Source: Nemertoderma westbladi
Lineage: Eukaryota > Animalia > Xenacoelomorpha
Assembly: GCA_032718475.1 (NCBI GenBank)
Contig: JAUCBJ010001061.1
Location: 1 to 51,112, forward strand
Length of the DNA: 51,112 bases
Direction of reading: 5' to 3'
The notes under the pieces: generated by a model
What the model was told of the DNA's origin: nothing
What the model saw: only the letters and a program-made list of their open reading frames with translations
The model's database searches: none
Made by a program: the position numbers and the translations under genes
Shown here: positions 39,262-50,780 of the stretch, piece after piece
Numbering within the stretch: the first letter of the stretch is position 1
How the letters are laid out: every line of letters starts with the position of its first letter

Positions 39262-40198
39262 CTACTACTACTACTAGGTCGAGCGAACTCGGACAGTGGA
39301 AATGAGATCTTATACAAAATACTAGTACTAGGTCGAGCGAGCTCGGACAGTGGAAATGAGATCCTTCCAGGCTTCCCGATTCTCCATAGTTGTCGCAATT
39401 TCGTTTCTCCCAAGTTCAGTATCCCTTTCAAGTTGATATATATATGTTATGGCAGGTCGTCCACGACTACGCTTTCCATGAGTTGGTTGCCAGAGAAGTA
39501 GATCTGGTATGACCTCGTCTTTACTTCGCCAGCAGTGCCCACTGAATCTTAATCTGCGTTCACGGAGGGTGGTTGATACAGGTGGTATTGTACCATAAAG
39601 CTCGGCGTTTGTCATGTGTTGTCTCCAGCTGATGTTTAGGGCTTCCCTTAGTAGTCTTGTGTAGCAACCATCAATTCGTTGTTCAAGTGATTTAGTCAGT
39701 GTCCAGGTCTCACCCCCATATAAAAATACACTTTCCACTGTGGCTCGAAAGAACTTAGTCTTCAGGTGCCTGGAGAGATCTGATTTCCAGATGGCATCCA
39801 TTTTTGATAGAGCTACCCAAGCCTTTGCTTTCCTAACTTCTATGTCCTTTTTGCTACTCTCTATCCATGATCCAAGGTACTGGAAGTCATCGACCTTCCT
39901 TAGTTGATTATTATCAATGGTTGTCAAGTTTCCATCAACATTAAAGGTCATGAATTTGGTCTTGGTAGCATTTATATGCAATCCAACCTCCTTAGCAGCC
40001 CTCTCCACTTTATTTAGTAGAAGCTGTGCATCTGCTAGCGTATTAGAGAGCAGGGCGATGTCATCCGCAAAGTCGGTGTCTGTGACTGTAGTTGCCGGAT
40101 ATCTACTACTGCGTTCTTGAAGTGTGAATCCCAGATCTTCACCCTTTGTGGCCGTCCTCATTGCGTAATCCAGCACAATTACAAATAGTAATGGTGCT
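39262..40198 (-). mobile_element. 5'-truncated RTE-clade LINE (second subfamily) with (TAG)n tail and 12-bp TSD
   Basis: TDFADDIALL, DFQYLGSWI and RLRFSGHCWR in one open frame; ATAAATGTACTT at 39250-39261 and 40199-40210. Confidence 0.93.
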
Positions 40199-40787
40199 AT
40201 AAATGTACTTGTTACTATAATAATTACACGTACGTGGGGCCTTCGCGCAGCACGAGGCCCAGTTATGGGATACAAATTAAAATTGAGCGACTGTATCACA
40301 AAATCAGTATTTGAGAAATTCACCCACACCGCCAATCAATCAAAGAAAGGGGGACAGTACGTGTTCAGTCCTTTTAATCTACACCCCCCCCCCCCCCCCC
40401 TTGCCACCCACCAATACATAACCGCGACATCTACCACCCACGGAGCGGAAGGGTAGCACGAACTTATTTCCAATCGCACGTTCAATATGCAAAGCCAGGT
40501 GGTTCAAAATTGAACACTGCAAAAAAAGCGACACCCTAACGACGGAACGACATGTTGATTAATGGTACCCCTACGCTAAGGCTCACTCACTTCGTGGCTC
40601 GCCCCACATGTTCTAGAACATATTATAAGTAAAAATTCCGCCATTTTTTTTTTAATAATGCACGTTTGCATTTTATTTACTGTTAATAACTCTGTATTAT
40701 AACTCTGTAAGTTACAACTCTGTAAGTCTGTAAGTTGGTATTCACTGGACCAATTATGATAAAAAAGATGTAGACAAGAAGGTGATC

Positions 40788-40931
40788 ATGACATAATTGT
40801 TTACTAGAACCAGTCAATTTCATCGTGCAACGGATGTAGAAAAAATTGAGTTGGAGGAAGTTGAGCGGCCCACGCAAATACAAGAAGAAAACGTTGAGGC
40901 GAACACCCCGACCTCACCTCAACAGAACAAT
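40788..40931 (+). pseudogene. Truncated dead copy of the FReD gene 5' end
   Basis: ggtgatcATG ACA TAA (stop at codon 3), a small deletion, then near-identity to 47710-47801 (EKIELEEVERPTQIQEENVE.NTP.SPQQN). Confidence 0.85.
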
Positions 40932-41601
40932 ATATAAAAATAAAAAATAGCTCTGGGTCTGGCTATTTTTAAATAAAAACAGAAAGGGTGAGCACAGGCC
41001 ATACAGTAGTAGTACCAAGTAACTTTTGGTAAATTTACTACTCATGTAACATTCTTCGCCAAGGTAAATGAGAAGCTGGTGTATGAACAGCAACAAAGAC
41101 AAACGTAGACGTATCACAATTCATATAACAGTATTAAAGACGGCGTCAAAACGCCGTGAAGGAACCGAAGTTAAACCAAACCGAAACTAATATTTTACAG
41201 GCCATTAAGATTAAGCGCTGAATATTTTTTACACTCTAAACCACTTTTACTTTACGTCAATTTCCATTACATTGTCCTCTCTACACATAACCTATTTCGG
41301 TAAAGTTTAAATGAGTATATTCACAATCAAATGAGTCAATTAATTGATAAATTATAAATTAATAGGAGATTAGCAAGTATAATTTCTAGTCTATAATATA
41401 TCTCATATACATAATAATACTACTGCAAAAAAATATATTATTTATTACAGTAACAGAATTGTTCAAAGAAAATGCACAAGATTATGAAAATATAATATAG
41501 CACTTTAACAATTATTAATTCATTGAACACTTAGAAATTGAAGTGAATACTACTATTTATTGTGCCAGTAAAGTTATAATATAATATTATAGTCGTAATT
41601 A

Positions 41602-44600
41602 CTATTTCACGGCTAAATCAGTAATATGTTGGAGTTCACTTATCTGGTCATTATTGGGTTTAAATTTTAATGCAAATTCTTCTGTAAGCGGGAACATTAA
41701 ATACAATCCCTACTTTGTAGGGACCCGGGATAAAGCAACGTAACAACCTTGTCCCTTAAATGAACTCCAACCAGTCTGTCCCCAATCGCCAATAATTATT
41801 TTTTGAAGAGTGAGTCCCTGGGTCTTGTATGGTCAGAGAATAAGAGGGTGACATTGGAACTTGCTTCATACACAAACTAAACCCGAATGATGCCGTAACT
41901 TTTATTCTGACTTTGGATTTATTCGGGATGAGTGGAAAGTAACCATTCGGAATTCCAGGGAAGTTTACTGGACATGGCATAAACATGGGCTCCAGAATGA
42001 TGAAATCGGGAAGCTGTGAAGCACGTTTCACTATAGTGCTGTGCCCTGGTGCAAATGGCTCCTCCCGAAAAGTTGTTCCATTGGGGAATTGTACACCTCT
42101 TACATATGCCATGGTCCCGTTAGCCATGCCTAACTCTACGGCGACGTTTTGATTAACAATGACTGGCATCCCGTAGAAGATGTCCAATATTGGAGGTAGT
42201 CCTTCACATTGGTCGTCACGAATGTATTTTAATAGGGAAACCTGTGTTGTATTCGCCCCTGAAACAACTGCTTGTATCCGTATTATGTTCTGCCCTATTT
42301 CTCCAACGATCTTATTGTTAATTGCGACCCTGTTTGAATTTGTCGACACAACAATAGGACAAAACGAGTCACTAATTATTTCATTCAAATTATCTGTAAC
42401 ATGAAAATATAGAAAAAAAATATAATTTTATAAAATATAAATTTTGACAGAATATAAGAAACACACAATTTTGGAAGTTAGGAGAATTAAATAATTTCAA
42501 ACCATTGAAAATATGTTTTCAGTGTTCGTTCAAATTGATTGAAGAGCGGTTTTTGTATTAATTAACAATAGAGATAACGCGATAATGATGAGATATTGCG
42601 ATGAATTTTAATAATTGTAAGATGTATAAGTTCAGTTTACCTTTTCATTGGATGAGCCTGTCGTTGATTGATGCAATGCTTTCTTTTGACGAGATACCTT
42701 GGCGACCTTGAGAAAGTATATTTCCCCATTCAGGATCTTGCATATGTCGCCAGCTCTTCCTTAATATATATATTTCTTGAAATTGAAGCCACAGTTTTCG
42801 CCCTGCAATTGCTTCTACATTATTTGTTGTGTCTTTAGTAAGTGGTATTGATGAGACGCTTGGCAACTGCAAAAAATCACCGCAGCAGAGAATGTGAATG
42901 CCACCAAACATCGCATGTTTATTGTCAGTAATTAGTTGAAGGGTCGAATTTATTCTACTGAATAGACTCGCAGAAACCATCGATATTTCGTCGATAATAA
43001 TCATATCAACCGAGGCAAATCTTTTCCTCAGTGTAGCAATCTTATGTCGACTGGGCAGTTTTAAACCTCGAGATGAAATTGGTAAATATAAACACTGCTA
43101 ATTCCCGTTGGGGCCATAATCACCACAGAAATTGGTTTCCACATATTGGAAAGTTTTCGCAAAGCATTAATTACACGGCTCTTTCCGGTGCCTCCTTCTC
43201 CAGCTACATAAATCAGTGACTGATCGGTAGATCGGATGGTGATATATTACAAATTCGATTTAACAAAGCTCGACCAATGGCAATAAAACTTTCCAACTGG
43301 TCACCACTCAATTGTTTAGATTCAGCCACCTGATAAAGATTCGGGCATATGGCAGTTTGATTTCGAATAGACAATTTTTTGCTCTGGAGAAGCTTGTACA
43401 TTATCTAATAAAGACTGTTGAAGACATTCAACTACCGCTGCTCTGATAGGGAAGTTATCGGCTAATATATCCGATTTATTATTGGTTTCCATAACACGAT
43501 CACTATTAGTTGATGAATAATGGTCAATGATAGTCTGAATGTCGAACATCGAAGTATGAAGGTGATCTTCATTATTACCAAACAATGTAAGACTCAAGTT
43601 ACAATTAGTGCCACTAGTATCCATGTGAAATTTCTGCAAAACAGAAACTTCGGGTACTACTTGACCAACCAGTGATTGAATTTGAAACTCTGAAATTGAA
43701 ATTGAAATTGAAATTGTTTAATTGACATCAAATAAGTAAAGTAAATCTGCATAATTAAACATTACCGGAAGGAACAAGATAATCCATTATACAGTAGTTA
43801 TGGTGAGTGTGAGTCTAGATGATGTCGGGGATAGCCCCAAGAGACATGGTCTCGTTTTCATGGGGGTCCCCTTAAGGCGAGGAGGTTATCGATATGGTCG
43901 GTATGGTAATTGTCTGTCGGTAGTGGTAAATGTGTGGTTAGTAGGCGTGTGTAAAATGGAGTAGGAATGTGTTCGAGGGGAGTGCTAGGAGTAATATAAC
44001 ATTTAGTATAGAGCTGTGGGGAATTGTAGTGTGGTCTATGTGTGGTATTGATTGGCATCGCAGAGTATCAGAAATACACAATCATCGATATAAAGATTAC
44101 ACGAAGTTACATACGAAATAAAATAAATGAGTTAGATTCGGTTTGAATTCGTACCTACTAGATTACACGGATTTAAATAAAAATTACAATAGATTAATTA
44201 TGATACAAATTACACGGATTACTAGATTACACGGATTACTACATTACACAGATTACTAGATTACACAGATTACTAGATTACACGGATTTAAATAAAAATT
44301 ACAATAGATTAATTATGATACAGATTACACGGATTACACAGATTACTAGATTACACGGATTTAAATAAAAATTACAATAGATTAATTATGAACGAATTAA
44401 ATTCGTACTTACTGTACGAATTTAATTATCCATTCCCAGCAACAATCAAAATATTAACGAAATTATTACCCGAAATGTGTAGGGAAATACACAGTAAAAG
44501 GACGTACATTAAAATATAAATATGTTAATGGAGATAAAATAGAATAAGGTTCTGAATAAGGTTCTTACATACAGTACTATACAGTTACTACATTATTAAT

Positions 44601-46625
44601 CCAAGACGGCTGTTCATTAAGGCCATTCGTTGAAGAAGTTATTAAAAGAGCCTGTTAAATACACCCGAAATATAAAATACTTAGTTAAAATACTTATAAA
44701 ATACACTATAAATATACCAAAAGTTAAAATACATAGTATACTATAAGATACTGAGTTTTAAGAGTTATTTATATTATCATTAATCAGTTATCATATCACT
44801 ATAATATTTATAATAGCATAGAGCCAGCTTATCGGTACCCGCAAGTAAGGGCATTTGTTAATAACGCAATTATAAGAGTTCGTAAATACACTGAAGTATA
44901 AAACAACATGCACATAACTACGATTAAAAAAGAAAGTAATACAAATACATAGTATATTAAAAAATACATATTTAAAGGGGGTTAGGGCTTATAGGGTTCT
45001 AGAATTATTGACCAGCACCATATCACAGGCCGTTTGTTAAGACAGATGTTATAAATTAGCATCATATCACTAATAATTAGGAGTTAGGATATCATAGTAT
45101 GTACGTATCATATAATGCTGTTGTTAGCGCATATTCAAATAGTGGTTTTTGATCCCATGTTTAAATGACTCCAGGGATATTTTACTTTTTAGTTTATTGG
45201 GCAGGGAGTTCCATAGACTCGGGCCTAAGAATGACAGCGTTTCACACCCAACAGCAGTTCTGCGTGAGGGGATTACGGCTCGGTTCTCGCTCCTACGAAG
45301 GTTAATTCCAGTTGGGTCGAAAATAACTAAGTTCTCGAGATATGGTGGGGATAGGCCGCGACTAATACGATACATGTGACATAATATGCTTTGTTCAACA
45401 CGAGTGTCAATAGCTAGCCATGACATTTTTATATAGTGGTCTTGCGTTATGTGTGTCCGGTGGTGCAGTCCCAGGCAGAATCGTATGCACTTCCGTTGGA
45501 GTGTCTGTAGTTGGTTCTGTAGACCTTTGCTTGTGCTATAGTACCAGCAGGATGATACAAAGTCCAAGTGAGGAGGAAAGACCTGATGCATTGGCGCAGT
45601 TTTCATCATCCTCATTATATACAGCGGAATTTGGTCCCTCGTCATCATTGCCGTCACATAATTCATCACCTTCATCATTACTGTGTGAGATATTAAGATC
45701 ACCACCGGACTTTTTCCGAAGAAGTCGTTGTTCTTCGCTTGACTCTTCCTGACCAATATAATACTCCTGCATATTATTCAACAGGATTTCGCCATCATTA
45801 TTTGGGGCATTATCAATATATGATGATAATGTTTCAACACACGTTTTTCCATTGGATGGAACAATGTCATCAGATAAACGAAACGGATTTATAAGTAGCA
45901 ATGCTTGCTGTGCATAGACCTCTGAGTGATTACGCCTATCTGGTAAACGTTGACCAATTATATCTGGTATAACGAACGAATTTTGCCGCTTTATTGCATG
46001 AGTTTCGCTTTGAGAGTGACTGCTCATAAGAAGGCATCACTATTTTGTTTTCGTTTAACCTTTTCGTAGAGCTTTACAAATTGATACAAGTTTACATCCT
46101 CTAATTCAAGTGGACGCAAACAATAATCATACCACTGCGTTATCGTTCGATAAACTCCCCTCCCCGTTGAGCGTCCATCTCAAGTAGGGCATCATGTTAT
46201 TCTTGTGGTAATATTGCATATGCCTGGCCAAGAAGAAGCTTATCATAGTCGTGAGATTTATAAGCTAATTCACCTGTTCTTTCAATGAAATAAGCGGCAA
46301 GTGGGGCAGAAATTTCTTGCTTGCTGCTAATTGAATAAACAATACTGTTAACAAGCTTAGCAGCTGTAGCATAACCCTCAGCGCTATCCATTTGTTCGAG
46401 AGATGACTTCCTGTCAAAAGCTGCTAGGATGAGTGCAGCCTGGGAATCTACACTTTGCTGGGCTTTGGTAACATACTGTATCACATAAAAAGCTAGCAGC
46501 GAGCCAGAGGCGCCAACTACAGTAGTAACCTACAGTCGTGGTTGCATCTTAAAATTTCTAGTGGAACTGGAACATATGAATTTATCCATTCATTTCCTAT
46601 AACTCTTGCATGTTCCAATTTTCCA
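41602..46625 (-). mobile_element. Decayed Helitron (Helentron/Helitron2-like) Rep C-terminus + Pif1 helicase
   Basis: WINSY....LRCNHD, FYVIQYVTK, QEISAPLAAY (Rep); GEGGTGKS, IIIDEISMV, FGGIHILCCGDFLQLPSV, GMPV...N..VELGMANGT, YVALSRV (Pif1). Frameshifts and stops; interrupted by a LINE; termini not identified. Confidence 0.88.
43692..45572 (-). mobile_element. 5'-truncated L2/CR1-group LINE with long 3' region and (TTTCAA)n tail, inserted in the Helitron ORF
   Basis: HLDFVSSCW...LQTLQRKCIRFCL...PPYL...FLGPSLWNSLP...SLESFK ends at 45124; tail at 43692-43715; Helitron-like coding sequence lies on both sides. May be composite (internal tandem repeats 44160-44390). Confidence 0.78.
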
Positions 46626-46660
46626 TTATTTTCCATTATTATGGTAGGTCTATATTTATG

Positions 46661-47397
46661 TTAAATGGGTAACAGTTCCGTATAGAACTGCATTTTTATA
46701 ACATAAACCATTGTTACCATGGCAACAGTGAAGAGTTCTAGAACAAAACATATATAATATACAACTATTCTAGAACAAAAATAAAATAAAAAAATTATAG
46801 TTCTAGAACATATAGCTAGTAATTTTTAAAATTTGAAATAGCTAGTAACAAAAATAAAAATTTATTTATTTATATTATTATGAAAAAATTTATCTACCGG
46901 TACCAAATTGTATTATTTGATAAATTAACTAGCAATTTATTTTAAAATTAAAAAAAACTAGCTATATGTTTTAGAACATTATTAGTTTTTATCTTTTTTA
47001 TGTAATATTATATGTACAGTATTATACACTATTCTAGAGCATAAATAATACAAATAATATAATGTTCTAGAACATATAGCTAGTTATTTTTCAAATTTAA
47101 AATACCTAGTACTACAAAAAATTTATTTATTTCTATTATTTATTTATTAGAAAATTTATCTACCAAATTGGATATTTTTTTAAATTTACTAGCTATTTTA
47201 AAATAAAAAAAAACTAGCTATATGTTCTAGAACATTATATATTTTATTTTATTTATGTTCTAGAATAGTATATAATACTTTTCTATTGTACAAGAACTCT
47301 TCAATGTTGCCATAGTAACAATGGCATATGTTTGCATGTTATGTTATGTAGTGTTATGATATGTTATGCAGTTATATACGGAACTCTAGCCGTTAAA
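46661..47397. mobile_element. AT-rich foldback element made of two direct-repeated inner hairpins inside outer inverted repeats
   Basis: AGTTCCGTATA/TATACGGAACT and CCATTGTTACCATGGCAACA/TGTTGCCATAGTAACAATGG pairs; inner TTCTAGAACATATAGCTAGT...ACTAGCTATATGTT(C/T)TAGAA twice. Confidence 0.75.
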
Positions 47398-47645
47398 TGT
47401 ATTTGTTACTATAATAAATACTTGTTCTAGAACATTTTAATAGTCGCAGTAGCTCCGCCTGTACGTAACATTTACTTAAGTAATCCAGGTTTGCATTTTT
47501 TGCCTAAATACTGTATATAGGCCTATTTTTATTGTTTCAATATGCACTTCGGATCTCAGACCTCAATTAAAGACCGCACAAACGAGTATTGTCTCACATT
47601 CTAACAACAATCAGCTTAATGGTAAAAATATGCAGACAAGTGATC

Positions 47646-48665
47646 ATGACGTCTTTGTTCAATAGAACCAGTAAATCTTCATCGCAGAGTTCTTATGCAA
47701 CGGCCGTGGAAAAAATTGAGTTGGAGGAAGTTGAGCGGCCGACGCAAATACAAGAAGAAAACGTTGAGGAGAACACTCCGATCTCACCTCAACAGAACAA
47801 TGTAGAACAATCAAACTGGCTGTGCAGAATCCTTAAAGCTCCAGAACATCAGATTAAGGTTTCATTCGCAATAATCACATCTCTTCTGGCATTTATTATA
47901 ACTGTAATATTATTAATGGTGTTCTTACAGCCTGGACCAACTAGGTCCACCACCATTACCCCAATAAATCCCACCGTAGTAGCAGACATAGATGGTGCCA
48001 CCCTAACAATGACTACCACTGATTCGACTCAGATAACGTTAGACACCTTCCCATGTGCCTATAACCATGAGTATTCTAAAGTGGTTCACAACGGAGATTT
48101 ATCTAAAGATCTGAAATGCTATTACGGTGATACGCTTCTAATACAGAAACCTGCCAACTACGGGCCCTTGGATTTCAATAAAAATTGGGATGAGTATAAA
48201 AAAGGTTTTGGTGACGTCAATGGAATATATCGTTACTGGCTGGGATTGCATGCGATTCATCTGATAACGAAGAGATGGAAATGCGATCTAAACATTGAAT
48301 TATATTTTAGCGACCACGATAAACAAACATCCACACAACAATATACTAATGTGACGGTCGGGTCAGAAGATACAAACTACACCCTTCAATACGAAACATG
48401 GGAGAGTGACCGTGATGATTTAGAGAATGGAATGGCCGGAGCGAACGGGAAACAGTTCTCGACGAAAGATAGAGATAACGATGATGATAACCGCACGTCA
48501 TTGGCTGAAGATAGACGAAGCGGTTGGTGGCACACAAAGGAGTCTAGAACGGACCTCAATGGTCACGTTACTGAAAATGGAAAGAATTACAGCTATTGGG
48601 GCGATAAACTCACTATGTATTATAGTAATATCAGACTCAGCAACTGCGTTGAAAGATACAAGTAG
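47646..48665 (+). CDS. Intronless type II transmembrane fibrinogen C-terminal domain (FReD) protein
   Basis: TM segment VSFAIITSLLAFIITVILLMVFL, Thr-rich stalk, then DFNKNWDEYKKGFGD, YWLGLHAIHLIT, FSTKDRDND, GWW, DLNG. ATG 47646 is preferred over the track's TTG 47589 because the other two copies share it. Confidence 0.9.
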   Translation: MTSLFNRTSKSSSQSSYATAVEKIELEEVERPTQIQEENVEENTPISPQQNNVEQSNWLCRILKAPEHQIKVSFAIITSLLAFIITVILLMVFLQPGPTRSTTITPINPTVVADIDGATLTMTTTDSTQITLDTFPCAYNHEYSKVVHNGDLSKDLKCYYGDTLLIQKPANYGPLDFNKNWDEYKKGFGDVNGIYRYWLGLHAIHLITKRWKCDLNIELYFSDHDKQTSTQQYTNVTVGSEDTNYTLQYETWESDRDDLENGMAGANGKQFSTKDRDNDDDNRTSLAEDRRSGWWHTKESRTDLNGHVTENGKNYSYWGDKLTMYYSNIRLSNCVERYK

Positions 48666-49497
48666 CTTAAAAAATAAAACACGGAGTTCTGAAACAAACT
48701 GAATTAATTATTTTTGTCTGAGTATTGAAGTCGCGATTGTAATAATATTCTAATTTAATGTAACCACTATTAGTGGCCACTTAATGTAACCAACTAGTAG
48801 TGACACTATTATGACCTGTTCACACTCCACCCCACCAAATTTTTACTTTCTAAAATATAGCTTTTCCAAATTATTTATGTTCTGAACATCATTTGTTAGA
48901 AAAAAACAATATGAGCTCATTTGTTGCTCAATTCATTAATAAAATATAGAGCGATAAGGTGTTACAAAATAAATTGAACTGTAGTACTGTATTTTGCTAT
49001 ATTGCTTCCATAGTTACTGCGATACAAATTATTGTACTCTTCAACTGCTGATATGGCCTTACTCAATGTTAAATGATTTAGTGTTCTCGAAAATTTATTA
49101 CGTAACTTGCGAGCCGCTTAACAACATAAACCAATATTGCATATTGAGTTCGGTTTTGGAGTATATACGTAAAGATTTTGCTCAAATTATGTGCAAACGT
49201 TTCCTACTTCGATACTCTATCAACACATGTAATTTCAGAGATTCCACCAAAAATATTTTACTTTACTACTTTCGCCGGGAAAAAAGTAAAATCAATGAAA
49301 TCCTATGGGTTACTTTTTTCCATAAGGAAAATATTGAAACTTTTTCTCCCGATTTTGGGTATATTCGAGGGAAAAAGTATCAATTTAACAATAAATAATT
49401 ATTTCGCACTACCAAATCGCCAGGGGACATTATTTCCCAGGACATTATATCCTACGCCATGCATTTACTTTTCCAGTAGGCCCCCTATATCCAGATA

Positions 49498-49815
49498 ATG
49501 TCACCGCGTCATTAATAGGTTGTTCTAGAAAGTTTAAGTGCATCACTACAAATAATTCCCCACAAATAAATAATAACTATATACGTCATTGTTCATAAAA
49601 CGGCACATTATAGCGTTACGGCACGAGTGATCTTGTTTATGATAATAGAACGAGGGCCGTAAAAGCTTTAACCTGCTAATTACAAGGCGTTTTAGAACTA
49701 GAACGCCTTGGCTTATTATGAACAATGGCGAATCTAATTTTATTTATTTGTGTGGAATTATTTGTAGTTACGTACTCAAATTTTATAGAACATCCTAATA
49801 ATTACGCGGTGACAT
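49498..49815. mobile_element. Imperfect palindromic MITE (about 320 bp)
   Basis: ATGTCACCGCGT/ACGCGGTGACAT ends; ACTACAAATAATTCC/GGAATTATTTGTAGT and CATTGTTCATAA/TTATGAACAATG inner pairs. Confidence 0.75.
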
Positions 49816-49832
49816 ACTATTGGTACATACGA

Positions 49833-50780
49833 TATTGTGGTTGACTATGTTCTACGCATGTCCTTAGATCATCATAATGATGATGGGGTGATGATAACTC
49901 CACCTACTGGCTCCAGAAGTCGAGGAAATCCTGCCAAGTACCTAACTGATCTAGACTTTGCTGATGACTTAGGAGTACTCTCAGAATCACTAGAGGGAGC
50001 CCAACGGCTCCTCAGCTCATTAGAACAGGTTGCTTCTAGTGTTGGTCTTTTTATTAACTCCAGAAAGACCAAAATTTTGACAGTTAACTTTGAAAGTCCT
50101 CAGCAAGTCTCTGGCCGGATGAGCATAAGCTCAAAGGATGGTATGCTTGAGCATGTGGACGACTTCTGTTACCTGGGATCATGGATCCGGAAGTCAGGTG
50201 AGGACCATCGAATACGTAAGGGAAAGGCATGTGGCAGCCTTGAAAAAGCTTTCCAGGATTTGGAAGTCACAGAGAATTAATCGGAAACTTAAGGTCCGAT
50301 TATTTAGAGCAGCAGTAGTTCCAGTACTCCTCTATGGGAGTCCAGCTGTGCTCTACTGCTAAGGACGACACCAAATCTCTGGATGGCACATTGACAAGAA
50401 TGGTACGCCGGTTTCTTTGTGTCAAGTACAATGCACACATCTCCAACCAGACACTATATAACATTGGAGGTGTCTCATTGGTTCCCCCAAGCTTGACACA
50501 AGAACAAAGTCGCCTCCGCTTTGCAGGACATTGCTTTCGCCGTGAGGACCAGCCAGTGCATTATCTTGTGCTTTGGCAGCCTCATGGATTGAATAAGCAT
50601 GGCAGACGGCCCATGACTTTCTTGAGACGCATCTTAGAGGACACTGGCCTTGAAGATGCGGATGATCTAGCAAATGTCATTGGTGATAGGGAGTTGTGGC
50701 GGCGCAATTTTGTGGGCAAGCCGGCACAGCATTCTTAAAAATGCAGCTGCAATGCAGCATGCCGATGCTTTAAGTAGTAG
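49833..50780 (+). mobile_element. 5'-truncated RTE LINE, same family as 1090-3020
   Basis: Collinear and near-identical to 2110-3015 (LTDLDFADDL, DFCYLGSWI, RLRFAGHCFR); ends in gcagcatgccgat...agtagtagt. Confidence 0.93.

Noticed and set aside
38955-40975. MEF2-binding-site matches (YTAWWWWTAR) at about 38956 and 40963
   Set aside because: Expected by chance in AT-rich DNA and far from the MEF2 gene.
45124-46027. ORF 45124-45756 read as a single protein, and the C-terminal tail of ORF 45536-46027
   Set aside because: Chimeras across the Helitron/LINE junction near 45572.
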